A model generated the notes under the pieces. The model was not told where the DNA came from. It saw only the letters and a list, made by a program, of their open reading frames with translations, and made no database searches. A stretch of 64,000 nucleotides of DNA, taken from Candidatus Latescibacterota bacterium. Lineage in GTDB: Bacteria > Latescibacterota > UBA2968 > UBA8231. Both the position numbers and the translations under genes were made by a program. The stretch's first letter is position 1; each line of letters opens with the position of its first letter. This document shows, piece after piece, positions 18,155 to 28,747 of this stretch. The stretch is taken from the NCBI GenBank assembly GCA_965200315.1, contig OZ241362.1, positions 512,001 through 576,000 of the forward strand, given 5' to 3'.

Positions 18155-18921
18155 ATATTGGACTTGGATTGCCCCCCATCGACATTGATACAGGCACCGG
18201 TCACCCATTTGGCCCGGTCAGACGCCAAGAACGCCACTACATCGGCGACCTCCTCTGGAGTACCAAAGCGGCCAAAGGGTATGTTGGCGTCGATAAAAGC
18301 CTCGATTTGCGCTGGATTTTCCTTCATCCGCCGCTCCCAACTCCCCCCGGGAAAGAGAATGGAGCCGGGTGCCACGGTATTGACGCGGATATTCTTTTTG
18401 GCCGCTTCAATGGCTAGGTTGGCTCCTAGGCTGATCAGCGCGGCCTTGGCAGCATTATATGAGATGGGCCCACCGGTTTCGCGGCCAAAAATTGAAGAAA
18501 TGTGGACGATGCTGCCGCCCCCGCGTGCTTCCATCAAGGGAAGCGCCGCACGGCTCACCCGCACGGCCGAAAGAAAGCTCAAATTGATGATGTCGTTCCA
18601 CTCGGCATCGTCGATCTCGACAAAGGGGGTCCACTTCGATCCGCCGACATTGTTTACGAGAATGTCGAGCCCGCCAAAGCGAATTTTTGCCCCCTCCACC
18701 ACAGCGATCGCGCCTTCCGGCGTCGTCACATCTTGCGCGGTAGCTTCCACCTCTGCGCCCTGATCTACTAATTCGGCAGCCACTTCCGCCAGCGCGTCCG
18801 CACCGCGAGCGCAGATACAAAGCCTAGCACCCTCGGCGGCCAAGGCCGCGGCAATGCGCTTGCCAATGCCGCGACTAGCCCCGGTCACCAAGGCGACTTT
18901 GTCTTTGAGTCCTAGATCCAA
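18151..18921 (-). CDS. SDR family oxidoreductase
   Basis: TGASRGIG, LVNNVG, YNAAK, NTVAPG. Confidence 0.93.
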   Translation of the reverse strand: MDLGLKDKVALVTGASRGIGKRIAAALAAEGARLCICARGADALAEVAAELVDQGAEVEATAQDVTTPEGAIAVVEGAKIRFGGLDILVNNVGGSKWTPFVEIDDAEWNDIINLSFLSAVRVSRAALPLMEARGGGSIVHISSIFGRETGGPISYNAAKAALISLGANLAIEAAKKNIRVNTVAPGSILFPGGSWERRMKENPAQIEAFIDANIPFGRFGTPEEVADVVAFLASDRAKWVTGACINVDGGQSKSNI

Positions 18922-18922
18922 A

Positions 18923-19909
18923 CTACACTCCTTTTTCAATGCCCGGAGCCAGCGCCCCAGGGTTGGTCGCGAAAAGCGCGATCAAATAAGCAATGCACAA
19001 CACCAACAACACCAAGCCCTTCCAGCGGTTTAACTCGTAACCGAGCCGCATCAGCCCGAGCATCGTCAGCACGATAGCCAGCATCCATGGAAACATGAAA
19101 TTGACCACGTCGGCTGGTACCACCAGTGGATTGGCCAAGGCCGAAGCACCGGCGATCCAGCAGATATTGAGTATGTCGGCCCCGAGAATGTTGCCCACCG
19201 CCAAAGCCCCTTGGCCTTTGCGGGCGGCGACAATACAGGTGGCGATCTCGGGTATCGAAGTGCCCAAGGCCACGACCACCAAGCCGATGACGACATCCGG
19301 CAGCCCCAACGCTATCGCCACCACCGGAGTGGCTTCGACGATAAAGTGGCTGCTAACGACCACGCCAGCCAAGCCGCCGATGAATAGCAACGCTACCTTC
19401 CAGAGGCTGCGCAGAGGGGCATCCTCCTCCTCGGTCTCAGCACGCGGTCGCCGCTTCTGCTCCCAGAACGAGTATATCAGATATAGGACAAAAAGACCCA
19501 CCAATGCGCCGCCTTCCACCCGGGCCAGCGTCCCGTCGAAGGCCATGTACCAAGCCACTAGATCTATAGTGATGAGGAAAATCGCGGCCGAGCGCAGCAC
19601 AATGCGGTCGATGGCAATGGCCCCCGTGGCAAAAAGCGCGGCCATGGGCAGAGCCAAGCCATCGTCGTAAATGACCGACCCCACGGCATTGCCCAGTGCC
19701 ACTTCGGGCGAGTCCTTGAGGGCGGCGGTCACCGAGACCGCCAGCTCAGGCGAGGTAGTGCCAATGCCGACGATGACGATGCCGATCAATATCGGCGGAG
19801 CGCGGAGGTAGCGCGCAATATCAATGGCTCCCTCGACCAGATAGTCGGCGCATTTGGCCAACAACGCGAAGGACAGGACCATCAGGCCCACAGCTTCCCA
19901 TACCCCCAT
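18923..19909 (-). CDS. Calcium/sodium antiporter (CaCA, YrbG-like)
   Basis: Two alpha repeats GTTSPE and GTSIPE; GNAVGS, GNILGA. Confidence 0.92.
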   Translation of the reverse strand: MGVWEAVGLMVLSFALLAKCADYLVEGAIDIARYLRAPPILIGIVIVGIGTTSPELAVSVTAALKDSPEVALGNAVGSVIYDDGLALPMAALFATGAIAIDRIVLRSAAIFLITIDLVAWYMAFDGTLARVEGGALVGLFVLYLIYSFWEQKRRPRAETEEEDAPLRSLWKVALLFIGGLAGVVVSSHFIVEATPVVAIALGLPDVVIGLVVVALGTSIPEIATCIVAARKGQGALAVGNILGADILNICWIAGASALANPLVVPADVVNFMFPWMLAIVLTMLGLMRLGYELNRWKGLVLLVLCIAYLIALFATNPGALAPGIEKGV

Positions 19910-19917
19910 GATTAACC

Positions 19918-20793
19918 TTAGCCCGGCCCGTCTAAGTAGGAAGCCAAGAGGCGGTCGGCGTTTTGGTAGGCGATCTTGTCAAAGGCTTCCGCAGGTAGAT
20001 CGAGGGCGCACAGAAAATCCATTAGCTGAGTATCAAAGTAGTCCCGACCAAAGAGCAATTTGTCCTGAAATTCGAGGAGAAAATCGCGCCCGAAGTCCCG
20101 GTCCCTTTGCAGCGCACGCAAACCCGACCCAGCCGACAGATCGGCATATAGATTGCGGTACTGGCGCAACATCGGGGCCAAGCGCCCATTCGGCAGCACC
20201 GGACTGATCGGATAGCTCTCCTTGGCGTAGCAATCATCGCCGGAAATATGGGCCCAGAACCCGGGGGCATGACCGATAAAGACCGTCTGCGGACAGGCCG
20301 CAACCGCACGTTCAAGCGCATCGAGGCTGCCGCCATACCACCAGTTAGGGCGAGGATAATCGCCGCGGCCGTGGTCAATTGGATAGTCGAGATGGATCGT
20401 AATGGGCAAGCACATTGCGCCGCAGGCCTCGTACAGGCGCAGCGCGTCTGGATCGTCAAACGGCAAGCGCACCTTCAACTCGGAAGCGACCTGAACGCCG
20501 TGGATTTCAACTGCGGCCTTGAGCCGATCTATGGCGTCGGGCCGCTTGGGATGCGGCATATAGCCGAGGACAAAGCGGTCGGGTGCTTCCCGGCCGACGG
20601 CCAGCACATCTTCTAGGGGGATCCCCCAGCCCGTAGGGGGCAACACCGAGTGATACGAAGGCGAGTATTCATCGGCAGGGACCTCCCACGAGAAAAGCCA
20701 CATTTGGTCGATGCCCTGCTCGTCCATGTTGCGCAGGATTTTGGCGGCGTTAAACCCGTGCCAATTGGGGTGATTATGCGCGTCAATGAGCAT
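19918..20793 (-). CDS. Amidohydrolase family protein
   Basis: IDAHNH, IGHAPG, YADLSAGSG, LFGRD. Confidence 0.88.
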   Translation of the reverse strand: MLIDAHNHPNWHGFNAAKILRNMDEQGIDQMWLFSWEVPADEYSPSYHSVLPPTGWGIPLEDVLAVGREAPDRFVLGYMPHPKRPDAIDRLKAAVEIHGVQVASELKVRLPFDDPDALRLYEACGAMCLPITIHLDYPIDHGRGDYPRPNWWYGGSLDALERAVAACPQTVFIGHAPGFWAHISGDDCYAKESYPISPVLPNGRLAPMLRQYRNLYADLSAGSGLRALQRDRDFGRDFLLEFQDKLLFGRDYFDTQLMDFLCALDLPAEAFDKIAYQNADRLLASYLDGPG

Positions 20794-20839
20794 TTGTTAA
20801 TGATATTCTCGCGGGTGAAAACTGTCAAGATAAAGCACA

Positions 20840-20900
20840 GTTTATTTGCAGTATTTTGTAATAATTATTCTTGATTAATAATTTTTATTTATTATATTAC
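20840..20900. promoter_or_regulatory. AT-rich argG upstream region with possible ARG-box-like sites
   Basis: GTAATAATTATTCT matches 11/14 of the ArgR core TGAATAATTATTCA; lies upstream of argG. Confidence 0.4.
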
Positions 20901-20927
20901 CTACCTAATTTCACAAAAGGAGCAACC

Positions 20928-22187
20928 ATGAACATCGCAGATCTAAAGGGACAGAAGATCATGCTGGCCGCGTCCGGTGGCCTCGATAGCTGTACCATCA
21001 CCCATTGGCTGCAATCCCAAGGCCTAGAAGTCGTCGCTTACACCGCCGACCTAGGCCAGCCCGACGAGGAGCGCATCGAAGACATAGGCAGCCGGATGCA
21101 GGCCTGTGGAGCCGCTGAGATGATTCTCGACGACCGCAGAGAGGCTATTTGTCAAGCCGGCATCCAGCTCGTCCAAGCTCAGGCCCGCTACGAGGGGGGC
21201 TACTGGAACACTACCGGCATCGCCCGGCACGTGACGGTGGCCGGCATGTTGCCCCACATGCAGGAGCGCGGCATCCAAGTAATGGCGCACGGGGCCACCG
21301 GGCGCGGCAACGACCAAGTCCGCTTCCAACTGGCATCGCAGATGCTCGCGCCGCACATCGAGGTGTACGCTCCTTGGCGCGACCCGGCCTTCCTGCAAAA
21401 CTTTGGTGGGCGCAGCGAAATGATCGCTTACTGTCAAGGACACGGCCTACCCATAACCGCCACTCCAGACAAGCCCTACTCCACGGACGCCAACATGCTC
21501 GGACTGACGCACGAAGCTGGCCAACTCGAAGCCTTAGACACCGCGGTCAGCCTAATCGCGCCCGGCATGGGCTGTTTTCCGCAGCAGGCTCCAGATTTAG
21601 CAGAGGTTTTTACCGTGCGCTTTGAACGAGGCGTTCCAATCGCCATCAATGGCCATGCCGTCGGCCCGGTCGCGGCCATCGAGCAGAGCAACGCCATTGC
21701 CGGGCGGCACGGAGTCGGCATTGGCTTACACGCGGTGGAAAATCGCTTCGTTGGCATCAAGTCGCGCGGCGTCTATGAGGCACCAGCCCTAGAGCTATTT
21801 GGCCAGTGTTACGATTACTTGCTCCAGCTCATCCTCGACCGCCGCGCCCGACGGATTTTTGCCGTTGTCTCCGAGTTCATTGCCGAGCAAATCTACCAAG
21901 GATATTGGTTTGACACGGCGACCCAAGCGAGTTGGAAGCTCATCGAGCATTTTAATCAATTGGCGACTGGGACCATCTCCATCTCGCTCTACAAAGGCCA
22001 AGTCGCCTTTTGCGCGGCCAGCGACGCCCCCCATTCGCTTTACAGCGAGTACACCGCCTCTATGGAGGCCATCGGCGACTTCGACCATCGCGACTCCGAG
22101 GGCTTTCTCGGCGTCTTAGGCGTCAGTGCCCGCGCACTTCAGCAGGCCGGGCAGATTGCGCAACCCAATGGCGATACAGGGGCTTGA
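20928..22187 (+). CDS. argG: Argininosuccinate synthase
   Basis: AASGGLDS, HGATGRGNDQVRF, PYSTDAN, ENRFVGIKSRGVYEAP. Confidence 0.96.
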   Translation: MNIADLKGQKIMLAASGGLDSCTITHWLQSQGLEVVAYTADLGQPDEERIEDIGSRMQACGAAEMILDDRREAICQAGIQLVQAQARYEGGYWNTTGIARHVTVAGMLPHMQERGIQVMAHGATGRGNDQVRFQLASQMLAPHIEVYAPWRDPAFLQNFGGRSEMIAYCQGHGLPITATPDKPYSTDANMLGLTHEAGQLEALDTAVSLIAPGMGCFPQQAPDLAEVFTVRFERGVPIAINGHAVGPVAAIEQSNAIAGRHGVGIGLHAVENRFVGIKSRGVYEAPALELFGQCYDYLLQLILDRRARRIFAVVSEFIAEQIYQGYWFDTATQASWKLIEHFNQLATGTISISLYKGQVAFCAASDAPHSLYSEYTASMEAIGDFDHRDSEGFLGVLGVSARALQQAGQIAQPNGDTGA

Positions 22188-22992
22188 CCTCTTTGGGCAA
22201 TAGGTCAAAAACTTCTCGCTCAATCGGCACCATCTCGTAGTTTTTACCTCCGGTCTCCACCACCATGGCCTCGTGTTCGGGCCTGCCGATGAGCGTGGGG
22301 TTTAGGTTCAACCACCACGGAGCGTAGCGCACGATGAGGGCAACGCGATCACTTGCGCTTCGATTGGACGCCACCGCATGCCAAAGCCGACTGTCATACA
22401 CCAAGACGCTGCCAGCCGCTCCTTCGACCTGGCACTCGGTGGGATAAGGGGCGTCCTGATCCATCTCGAGCATATCCCCGGCTGCGGGATTGCGCGGCCA
22501 GCGATGACTGCCCGGCACCACGAAAGTCCCGCCGGTCTCAGCGGAAAATGGCGTCAGCATCCAGATCGTCGAAAGGTGCAAAACCGCGTCTGGATACGGC
22601 GCGGGGATGTGCGAGGCATTCGTTGCGTTGTAAGGCCAGTCGGCGTGCCAATAGCCCCGCGCATTGCCGCGGTGATTGACCACGCAGTCGGTGCAGGAAA
22701 CCCGCGCCCAAGCCCCAAAAAAAGACTCGACCACCTCTAGGAGCCGGCGTTCGACCAAGTACGGAGCAAAGGATTGCACCTGATTGATGACTTGTCTGAG
22801 TTGGGACACGCCCGGATTGCCGATCCGGTGACCGCGGCGGCGAATTGCGGCCAACTCGGCTTCGGAAGAGCGGCGATTGCGCTCGACCGCAGCCGTTAAC
22901 TCGGCGCATATCTCCCCGACCACGGCCTCGGGAATCACTTGCTCGATAACGCAAAAGCCGTCGCGCTCAATTCGCTGTCCGTAGGTAGCCAC
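22123..22992 (-). CDS. Phytanoyl-CoA dioxygenase (PhyH) family 2OG-Fe(II) oxygenase
   Basis: WHAD, GGTFVVPGSH, LWH...N...R. Confidence 0.9.
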   Translation of the reverse strand: MATYGQRIERDGFCVIEQVIPEAVVGEICAELTAAVERNRRSSEAELAAIRRRGHRIGNPGVSQLRQVINQVQSFAPYLVERRLLEVVESFFGAWARVSCTDCVVNHRGNARGYWHADWPYNATNASHIPAPYPDAVLHLSTIWMLTPFSAETGGTFVVPGSHRWPRNPAAGDMLEMDQDAPYPTECQVEGAAGSVLVYDSRLWHAVASNRSASDRVALIVRYAPWWLNLNPTLIGRPEHEAMVVETGGKNYEMVPIEREVFDLLPKEVKPLYRHWVAQSARPAEVRGH

Positions 22993-22993
22993 T

Positions 22994-23893
22994 TCACCCT
23001 CGGAAGAGCGGCGCGACACCCGACCAAATGATCTCCAATTCGGTCAGCGCGTCGTCGTCTAGGACGGGCACGGGTGCCCGGCAGACCGCCGAGCGAATCA
23101 ACCCGCGCTTTTGCAAAATCCACTTGTAGATCGCAATCCCGTAGAGCCGCTCGTAGTTCATCAGCGGCAAGAGCTGATAGAAGTGCGCCCGCGCTGTCTC
23201 GTCGTCTCCGGCTTCGAGAGCGTCCCAGATCGCCGCCATGGCGTCGGTCACGTGACAGCCCGGCATATTGCCGCAGGCACCGCGCCGATATTCGTCGAGC
23301 AAATAGACCCCCCCTTTGCCACCCAATACCCCCTTGCAGGCCGCGCCCGCCAGCGCCAGCGTGCGGCTGACCTGCCAAGGCTCGGGGACGGTCTCTTCCT
23401 TGATGTAATCGACGCCTGCCAACTCGCGGCACATCCGCCCCAACAGTTCGCCGCTCATGGGCGTCCCGACCGGCGCGTCGAAATTCTGCACGCAGATCGG
23501 GACCTCCACCGCGTCCGCCAACTGTTGGTAAAAGGCATAGCAGCCTTCTTGGTCAACGCGCAATACATGCGGTGGCATGGACATGATCCCGTCGGCGCCC
23601 ACATCTTGGGCAAACTGAGCGAGGGCCACGGCTGGCAAGGCATGGCCAGAGGTGACGGAGGCCACTACGGGTACTCGGCCAGCGGCCGTGGCGACGACGA
23701 TCTCGATCCAGCGGCCGCGTTCCTCGTCGGAAAGGGTCGAAAATTCACTGGCATTGGCTGGCCCCACCAAGCCCGTGGCACCCGCTTCAATACTGAAGAC
23801 AACCAAGTCCTGCAAGGCCGCTTCATCGAACGCGTAACTATCGGTAAAGGGGGTCACCACAATCGGCATGATTCCGCGCCACGTTTCAGTCAT
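22994..23893 (-). CDS. Dihydrodipicolinate synthase family aldolase/dehydratase
   Basis: VTPF, SEFSTLSDEER, YIKEE (Schiff-base Lys). Confidence 0.9.
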   Translation of the reverse strand: MTETWRGIMPIVVTPFTDSYAFDEAALQDLVVFSIEAGATGLVGPANASEFSTLSDEERGRWIEIVVATAAGRVPVVASVTSGHALPAVALAQFAQDVGADGIMSMPPHVLRVDQEGCYAFYQQLADAVEVPICVQNFDAPVGTPMSGELLGRMCRELAGVDYIKEETVPEPWQVSRTLALAGAACKGVLGGKGGVYLLDEYRRGACGNMPGCHVTDAMAAIWDALEAGDDETARAHFYQLLPLMNYERLYGIAIYKWILQKRGLIRSAVCRAPVPVLDDDALTELEIIWSGVAPLFRG

Positions 23894-24545
23894 GGCTATC
23901 TCCTTTTAGGCCGAGCAAAGCGGGCACGGCAAAAAGCTCATCCACCACGATGCACTCCCCTATCTCCAACCGACGCCGACTCTGATGGCCGGAAGGCAAC
24001 AGGACGCAATGGACACCGAGCGCAGCGGCCACCTCAATGTCGTGTAGCGTATCGCCGACGAGCAAGATTTCGTCGGCCCGGCAGTTGAGGGCTGCAAGGT
24101 GCCGATGTCCGCGCTCGATTTTCCCCTCCCCCAAGCCATTATCCACCCCGGCGACTGCGACAAAGTGGGGACGCAGCCCGTAGTGAGCAACCATTTCTTC
24201 GAGATCCTCTTCGTTGGAGGCCGATAAGAGTGATTGTCCGATCCCGTTGCGCCCCAGTGCGGTTAGCACTTCGCGTGCTCCCTCGCGCAACCGACACTCG
24301 CGGAGGCGCTGGCCGTAGAGGATGTTGAACTCGCCGCCTGTGGTCGCAAAATCCTCGCGCTCTAAGTCAAAGCCTACGCGCTGGTAGTAAGCCCGCAGGG
24401 GGAACCCGAAGACCTCGCTGTATTTGCACGGCGTGGTCGGCGCGAGTCCTCGGCGCGTCAAGAGTTCGTTAACGATCTCGACGCACAGCCAAGCATCATC
24501 CACCAAAGTGCCGTTCCAGTCCCAAATCACGTGGCGCAGCTTCAT
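23886..24545 (-). CDS. HAD family hydrolase
   Basis: IWDWNGTLVDD, VGDTLHD. Confidence 0.9.
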   Translation of the reverse strand: MKLRHVIWDWNGTLVDDAWLCVEIVNELLTRRGLAPTTPCKYSEVFGFPLRAYYQRVGFDLEREDFATTGGEFNILYGQRLRECRLREGAREVLTALGRNGIGQSLLSASNEEDLEEMVAHYGLRPHFVAVAGVDNGLGEGKIERGHRHLAALNCRADEILLVGDTLHDIEVAAALGVHCVLLPSGHQSRRRLEIGECIVVDELFAVPALLGLKGDSHD

Positions 24546-24562
24546 AGATAGCGGTCGTAAAT

Positions 24563-25306
24563 TCACTCTTTGTAGGCGACTACGCGCAGACGCCAGTAGT
24601 CGGCGTACCAACCCCCATCATCGTACAATGCCGGGCGGACAGCGTTCTCCACCGCAACCAACAGCTCTTCGCGCATCAACGGGGGAATACCCTCTGTAAG
24701 CGTCTCGGCGAACATCGCCATCCAGTCGCGCAACCCGCCCTCACCCTCTAGAGGCGTTGGACGAGGAAAGTGGCTGGCATAAGCAACGCGCAGCCCGGCC
24801 TGCTCCACGAGCCGAGCATATTCCCCCAAACTAGGAAAATACCAAGGCGACTGCGGATAAAAGCCCCGCGCAGCCAATTGACCGATCAGCCCTTGGCGGA
24901 TGATGGCCACGTTCTGCGCACCGCCTAGTTCGGCGACAAAACGCCCGGCCGGCCCCAGACAAGCGGCAATACGCTCAAGTGCCTCTTCCGGCGGCTTGAC
25001 CCAGTGCAGGGCTGCGTTGGAAAAGACCGCATCAAACGGCTCGGCAAAGGAAAAATCCCGCGCATCGCCGACGACAAAAGACAAGCTTGGGAACTCCTTG
25101 CGGGCGGCCTCGACCATCTCGGCCGACAAGTCGATGCCCACGACCTCAGCCCCGGCTGCGGCAATCTGGGCACTCAGTTGACCAGTGCCACAGCCCACGT
25201 CGAGGATGCGTTCCCCAACTTGGGGGTCCAAAATCTCCACCAAGTCGGCACCTGCGGCGGTGACATAGCGGTGTTTGGCTTGGTAGCGTTTGGGGTCTTG
25301 GAACAT
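24563..25306 (-). CDS. Class I SAM-dependent methyltransferase (Tam-like)
   Basis: ILDVGCGTG, FDAVFSNAALHWV, ADYWRLR. Confidence 0.9.
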   Translation of the reverse strand: MFQDPKRYQAKHRYVTAAGADLVEILDPQVGERILDVGCGTGQLSAQIAAAGAEVVGIDLSAEMVEAARKEFPSLSFVVGDARDFSFAEPFDAVFSNAALHWVKPPEEALERIAACLGPAGRFVAELGGAQNVAIIRQGLIGQLAARGFYPQSPWYFPSLGEYARLVEQAGLRVAYASHFPRPTPLEGEGGLRDWMAMFAETLTEGIPPLMREELLVAVENAVRPALYDDGGWYADYWRLRVVAYKE

Positions 25307-25307
25307 A

Positions 25308-26297
25308 TCAGCCCAAGAGATCGGCGATAACCGCACGCTCCTCTTTGAGCTCGTCTTCGGTGGCCTTGATCTTCGCACGGGCAAAGTCGCTCAACTCCAA
25401 GCCCTGTACAATCTCCCAGCCGCCTTGGCCATCGCTGCGAATGGGAAAGGAGAACATCAACCCCTCGTCAATCCCGTAGCTGCCGTCCGAATAGACGCCA
25501 GCCGAGAAAAAGTCCGACGACGACGTGGCGCTCTCCACGCTGACGATGTGGTCGAGCGCGGCATTGGCAGCCGACGCGGCCGACGACAAGCCACGGGCAT
25601 CGATGACAGCTGCTCCCCGCTGCTGGACGATTTGGATGAATTCCTCGCGCAACCAAGCGTGGTGGCCTATGACGTCGTGCGCTGGCCGCCCCTCAATGTG
25701 CGCGTTTTCGGCATCTGGATACTGCGTGGCACTGTGGTTGCCCCAGATGGCCATATTGGTCACCGCCGAGACCTTGACGCCAGCCTTTTGAGCGAGCTGG
25801 GCTTGGGCGCGGTTTTGGTCCAGACGAGTCATCGCGTGGAAGCGGTCGCGGGGGATGCCGGCCTTGTGGCCGTGGCTCATGGCAATCAAGCCATTAGTAT
25901 TGGCTGGATTGCCCACCACCAAGACCCGCACATCCGCGGCGGCTCGGGCCAGAGCCTGACCTTGGCCGACGAATATCGGGCCGTTTTCCCGAATTAAGTC
26001 GCCCCGCTCCATGCCGGGACCGCGCGGCTTGGAGCCAATCAGCAGACCCCAATTGATCCCGTCGAAGGCCTCTTCGGCTTGGTCGGTAATTGCGATGTCG
26101 TCGAGAAGCGGAAAGGCGCAGTCGTCGAGTTCCATAACTACGCCTTCTAGGGCTTTGAGCGCCGGAGTAATCTCCAGCAAGTGCAGCGAAATCCGGACGT
26201 CGCGGCCGAAAACCTCGCCCGAAGCTAAACGCGGCAATATAGCGTAGCCGATCTGGCCAGCCGCCCCAGTGACGGCTACTTTCACAGTGCGTACCAT
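25308..26297 (-). CDS. mdh: Malate dehydrogenase
   Basis: [42 protein letters not shown]. Confidence 0.96.
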   Translation of the reverse strand: MVRTVKVAVTGAAGQIGYAILPRLASGEVFGRDVRISLHLLEITPALKALEGVVMELDDCAFPLLDDIAITDQAEEAFDGINWGLLIGSKPRGPGMERGDLIRENGPIFVGQGQALARAAADVRVLVVGNPANTNGLIAMSHGHKAGIPRDRFHAMTRLDQNRAQAQLAQKAGVKVSAVTNMAIWGNHSATQYPDAENAHIEGRPAHDVIGHHAWLREEFIQIVQQRGAAVIDARGLSSAASAANAALDHIVSVESATSSSDFFSAGVYSDGSYGIDEGLMFSFPIRSDGQGGWEIVQGLELSDFARAKIKATEDELKEERAVIADLLG

Positions 26298-26461
26298 GTA
26301 TTCCTCCTAAAATAAGGCAGTTTTTATACAGAGAAAATCTGCCAAAAAAATGCGCTCTGTGCAATGCGAGGCCCAGCCATTGACTATACCTTGGCGCGCT
26401 GGTTATTCTACGACTTTGCTTCCAACACACGGCTCGGCTCACGGGCGAAAGGACGACCATT

Positions 26462-27622
26462 ATGAGCGGCGACTTTGATCTCATCATCCAAGGGGGACAT
26501 CTCATTGATCCCAAAAACGACCTCAACGGCCCAGCCGATATTGCCATCAAGGACGGGCTAGTCGCTGCGGTCGCCGACCGAATCGAGTGCAGTTCAGCAA
26601 AGGTCATCGACGCATCCAGCCTCTATGTCACCCCGGGCTTGATCGATATCCACATCCACGTCTATGGGGGATATGGAGGCTGGCTCTTTCCCGACCAGCA
26701 CGCCCTGCCCTACGGAGTGACTACCGTCGTAGATACAGGTGGCGCAGGATGGAAGGATTTTGCCGATTTCAAGCACACCATCATCGATCCCGCCCAGACC
26801 CGCGTCTTGGCCTTTGTCAATATCGTCGGCGCTGGCATGATCGGTGCTCCCGAACAAGACGTCAGCGAAATGGACCCCGCGCTCTGCGCCAAGGCGATTG
26901 AGCAGTACCGCGAGCACGTCGTCGGAGCCAAGTCGGCCCACTTTGGCGGCCCGGGTTGGGAGTCGGCTGGCGGCGCGATTGAGGCGGCGCGGCAGAGCGA
27001 CTCCATCGCCATGATCGACTTTGCCCCCCAGCCCACTCGTTCGTACGAGGAATTGCTCGAGCGCATGAGCCCGGGCGACATCCATACGCATCTCTACGCC
27101 GCCCACATCCCCCTGCTCGACACCGACAAAAAAGTCGCAGGCTATGTGCGCCAAGCCCGGCAGCGCGGCATCGTCTTTGACACGGGGCACGGCAACGGCT
27201 CCTTCTGGTTTCGCATTGCCGTGCCCGCCATGGCCCAAAATTTCCCCCCGGATACCATCAGCACTGATCTACACAAGGCCAGCCGCATGTTGCCCAACGC
27301 CACCATGCCCATAACTATGTCCAAATTCCTGAACCTCGGCATGTCTCTCCAAGAGGTCGTGTATCGCTCGACACACAGACCAGCCGAGGTCATCAGACGC
27401 CCACAGCTAGGCCACCTCAGCGTTGGGGCCGAAGCCGACCTAGCAGCTTTCTCCCTGCACGAAGGGGATTTTGCCTTTGTTGACTCGGGCCGAGCGCGCC
27501 TGCCGGGTCGGCAAAAACTCGAATGCGAGCTAACGCTGAGAGCAGGCCAAGTTGTCTGGGATCTAAACGGCCGCAGCTTAGTGGATTGGGACGAAGCTGG
27601 TGAATACCGACTCCTCACTTAA
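26462..27622 (+). CDS. Amidohydrolase/deacetylase family metallohydrolase (dihydroorotase-like)
   Basis: PGLIDIHIH, GVTTVVDTG, GDIHTH, FDTGHG, ISTDLH. Confidence 0.9.
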   Translation: MSGDFDLIIQGGHLIDPKNDLNGPADIAIKDGLVAAVADRIECSSAKVIDASSLYVTPGLIDIHIHVYGGYGGWLFPDQHALPYGVTTVVDTGGAGWKDFADFKHTIIDPAQTRVLAFVNIVGAGMIGAPEQDVSEMDPALCAKAIEQYREHVVGAKSAHFGGPGWESAGGAIEAARQSDSIAMIDFAPQPTRSYEELLERMSPGDIHTHLYAAHIPLLDTDKKVAGYVRQARQRGIVFDTGHGNGSFWFRIAVPAMAQNFPPDTISTDLHKASRMLPNATMPITMSKFLNLGMSLQEVVYRSTHRPAEVIRRPQLGHLSVGAEADLAAFSLHEGDFAFVDSGRARLPGRQKLECELTLRAGQVVWDLNGRSLVDWDEAGEYRLLT

Positions 27623-27637
27623 GGCCTTGCAAACGAC

Positions 27638-27666
27638 TTGACGCGGCGCTACTCCTTATGTATAAT
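27638..27666 (+). promoter_or_regulatory. Sigma-70 promoter of the sigma factor/tRNA-Tyr unit
   Basis: TTGACG-17 bp-TATAAT. Confidence 0.8.
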
Positions 27667-27775
27667 CAGTTAGTTTCGCCGATACTTATGCTACGCTCAC
27701 CAGATGCACTAGGCATTTAATGCTGTGGCGAGGAGCAAAAACCTGACGGGTAGGTAGCCCGTTTGTACGTCAAAA

Positions 27776-28636
27776 ATGAGAGGCTCTATGCATAATCTGC
27801 ACGACGAAGAAAACACCCTGAGACTCTATTTCGACGATATTGCTGAGTCCACGCCCCTTTCGAGAGAACGCGAAGTAGAACTAGCCGATCGCATCAAAAA
27901 TGGCGATATGCACGCCCGCGAAGAAATGATCAGTGCCAATTTGCGGTTTGTCGTCGATGTGGCTAAGAAGTACCAAAACCGCGGATTATCCCTATCCGAC
28001 CTGATTAGCGCCGGCAATCTCGGCCTCATCACGGCGGCCGACCGCTTCGATGGGACCAAGGGCTATAAGTTCATTTCATACGCGGTTTGGTGGATCCGCC
28101 AGTCCATTCTCCAAACCCTCGCCGAGCACGTGCGCACCGTGCGCCTTCCTCTCAACAAGGTCAGTTTGCTCAAGGATATTTCCAAGGCCTCGCGCAAATT
28201 GGGCCAACATCGCGCCAGTGAGCCTGACATAGAGGAAATCGCCGCTGAACTCGAAGTCCCGGCCGAAGAGGTTCTAGAGACCATCCTCAGCGCCCGCGCC
28301 GTGTGTTCGCTCGACGAGTCCTTTACCGACGACGACGAGCGCAGCCTGCTCAACACCTTGGCCGACAATACAGCCGCTGCCCCAGACGCCGAGATTTTGA
28401 GCGAATCGGCCCGGGAGCAGCTCGAGACGGCTTTGGAAACCCTCGAGGAGCGCGAATTGCGCATTATTAGGCTCTATTTTGGCCTCGACGGCAACGAAGC
28501 CCTGACGCTCGAGGAAATCGGCGACATGATGAATCTCACGCGCGAGCGCATCCGCCAGCTCAAAGAGCGGGCGCTCAGCAAGCTGCGCCATCCTTCGCGG
28601 CATCAAGTGCTTAAAACGCTGGCTAGCGGCACCTGA
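27776..28636 (+). CDS. RNA polymerase sigma factor, RpoD/SigA family (no region 1.1)
   Basis: ANLRFVVDVAKKY, KFISYAVWWIRQ, TLEEIG...TRERIRQ. Confidence 0.95.
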   Translation: MRGSMHNLHDEENTLRLYFDDIAESTPLSREREVELADRIKNGDMHAREEMISANLRFVVDVAKKYQNRGLSLSDLISAGNLGLITAADRFDGTKGYKFISYAVWWIRQSILQTLAEHVRTVRLPLNKVSLLKDISKASRKLGQHRASEPDIEEIAAELEVPAEEVLETILSARAVCSLDESFTDDDERSLLNTLADNTAAAPDAEILSESAREQLETALETLEERELRIIRLYFGLDGNEALTLEEIGDMMNLTRERIRQLKERALSKLRHPSRHQVLKTLASGT

Positions 28637-28652
28637 GATTCTATCGAACGAA

Positions 28653-28738
28653 GGGGGGATACCGAAGTGGTCAAACGGGGCAGACTGTAAATCTGTTGGC
28701 TTATGCCTTCGCAGGTTCAAATCCTGCTCCCCCCACCA
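28653..28738 (+). tRNA. tRNA-Tyr (GTA)
   Basis: GGGGGGA/TCCCCCC acceptor stem, CTGTAAA anticodon loop, long variable arm, GGTTCAAATCC, encoded CCA. Confidence 0.97.
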
Positions 28739-28747
28739 CTAATACTG

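Noticed and set aside
23111-24088. Long antisense ORFs (e.g. 325 aa here, 25290-25997, 18056-18763)
   Set aside because: Expected opposite real genes in GC-rich DNA; no motifs or ribosome-binding sites.
28653-28738. tRNA-Tyr (and tRNA-fMet) as integration sites of an island
   Set aside because: No integrase or duplicated tRNA 3' end seen; tRNA-Tyr is flanked by housekeeping genes.
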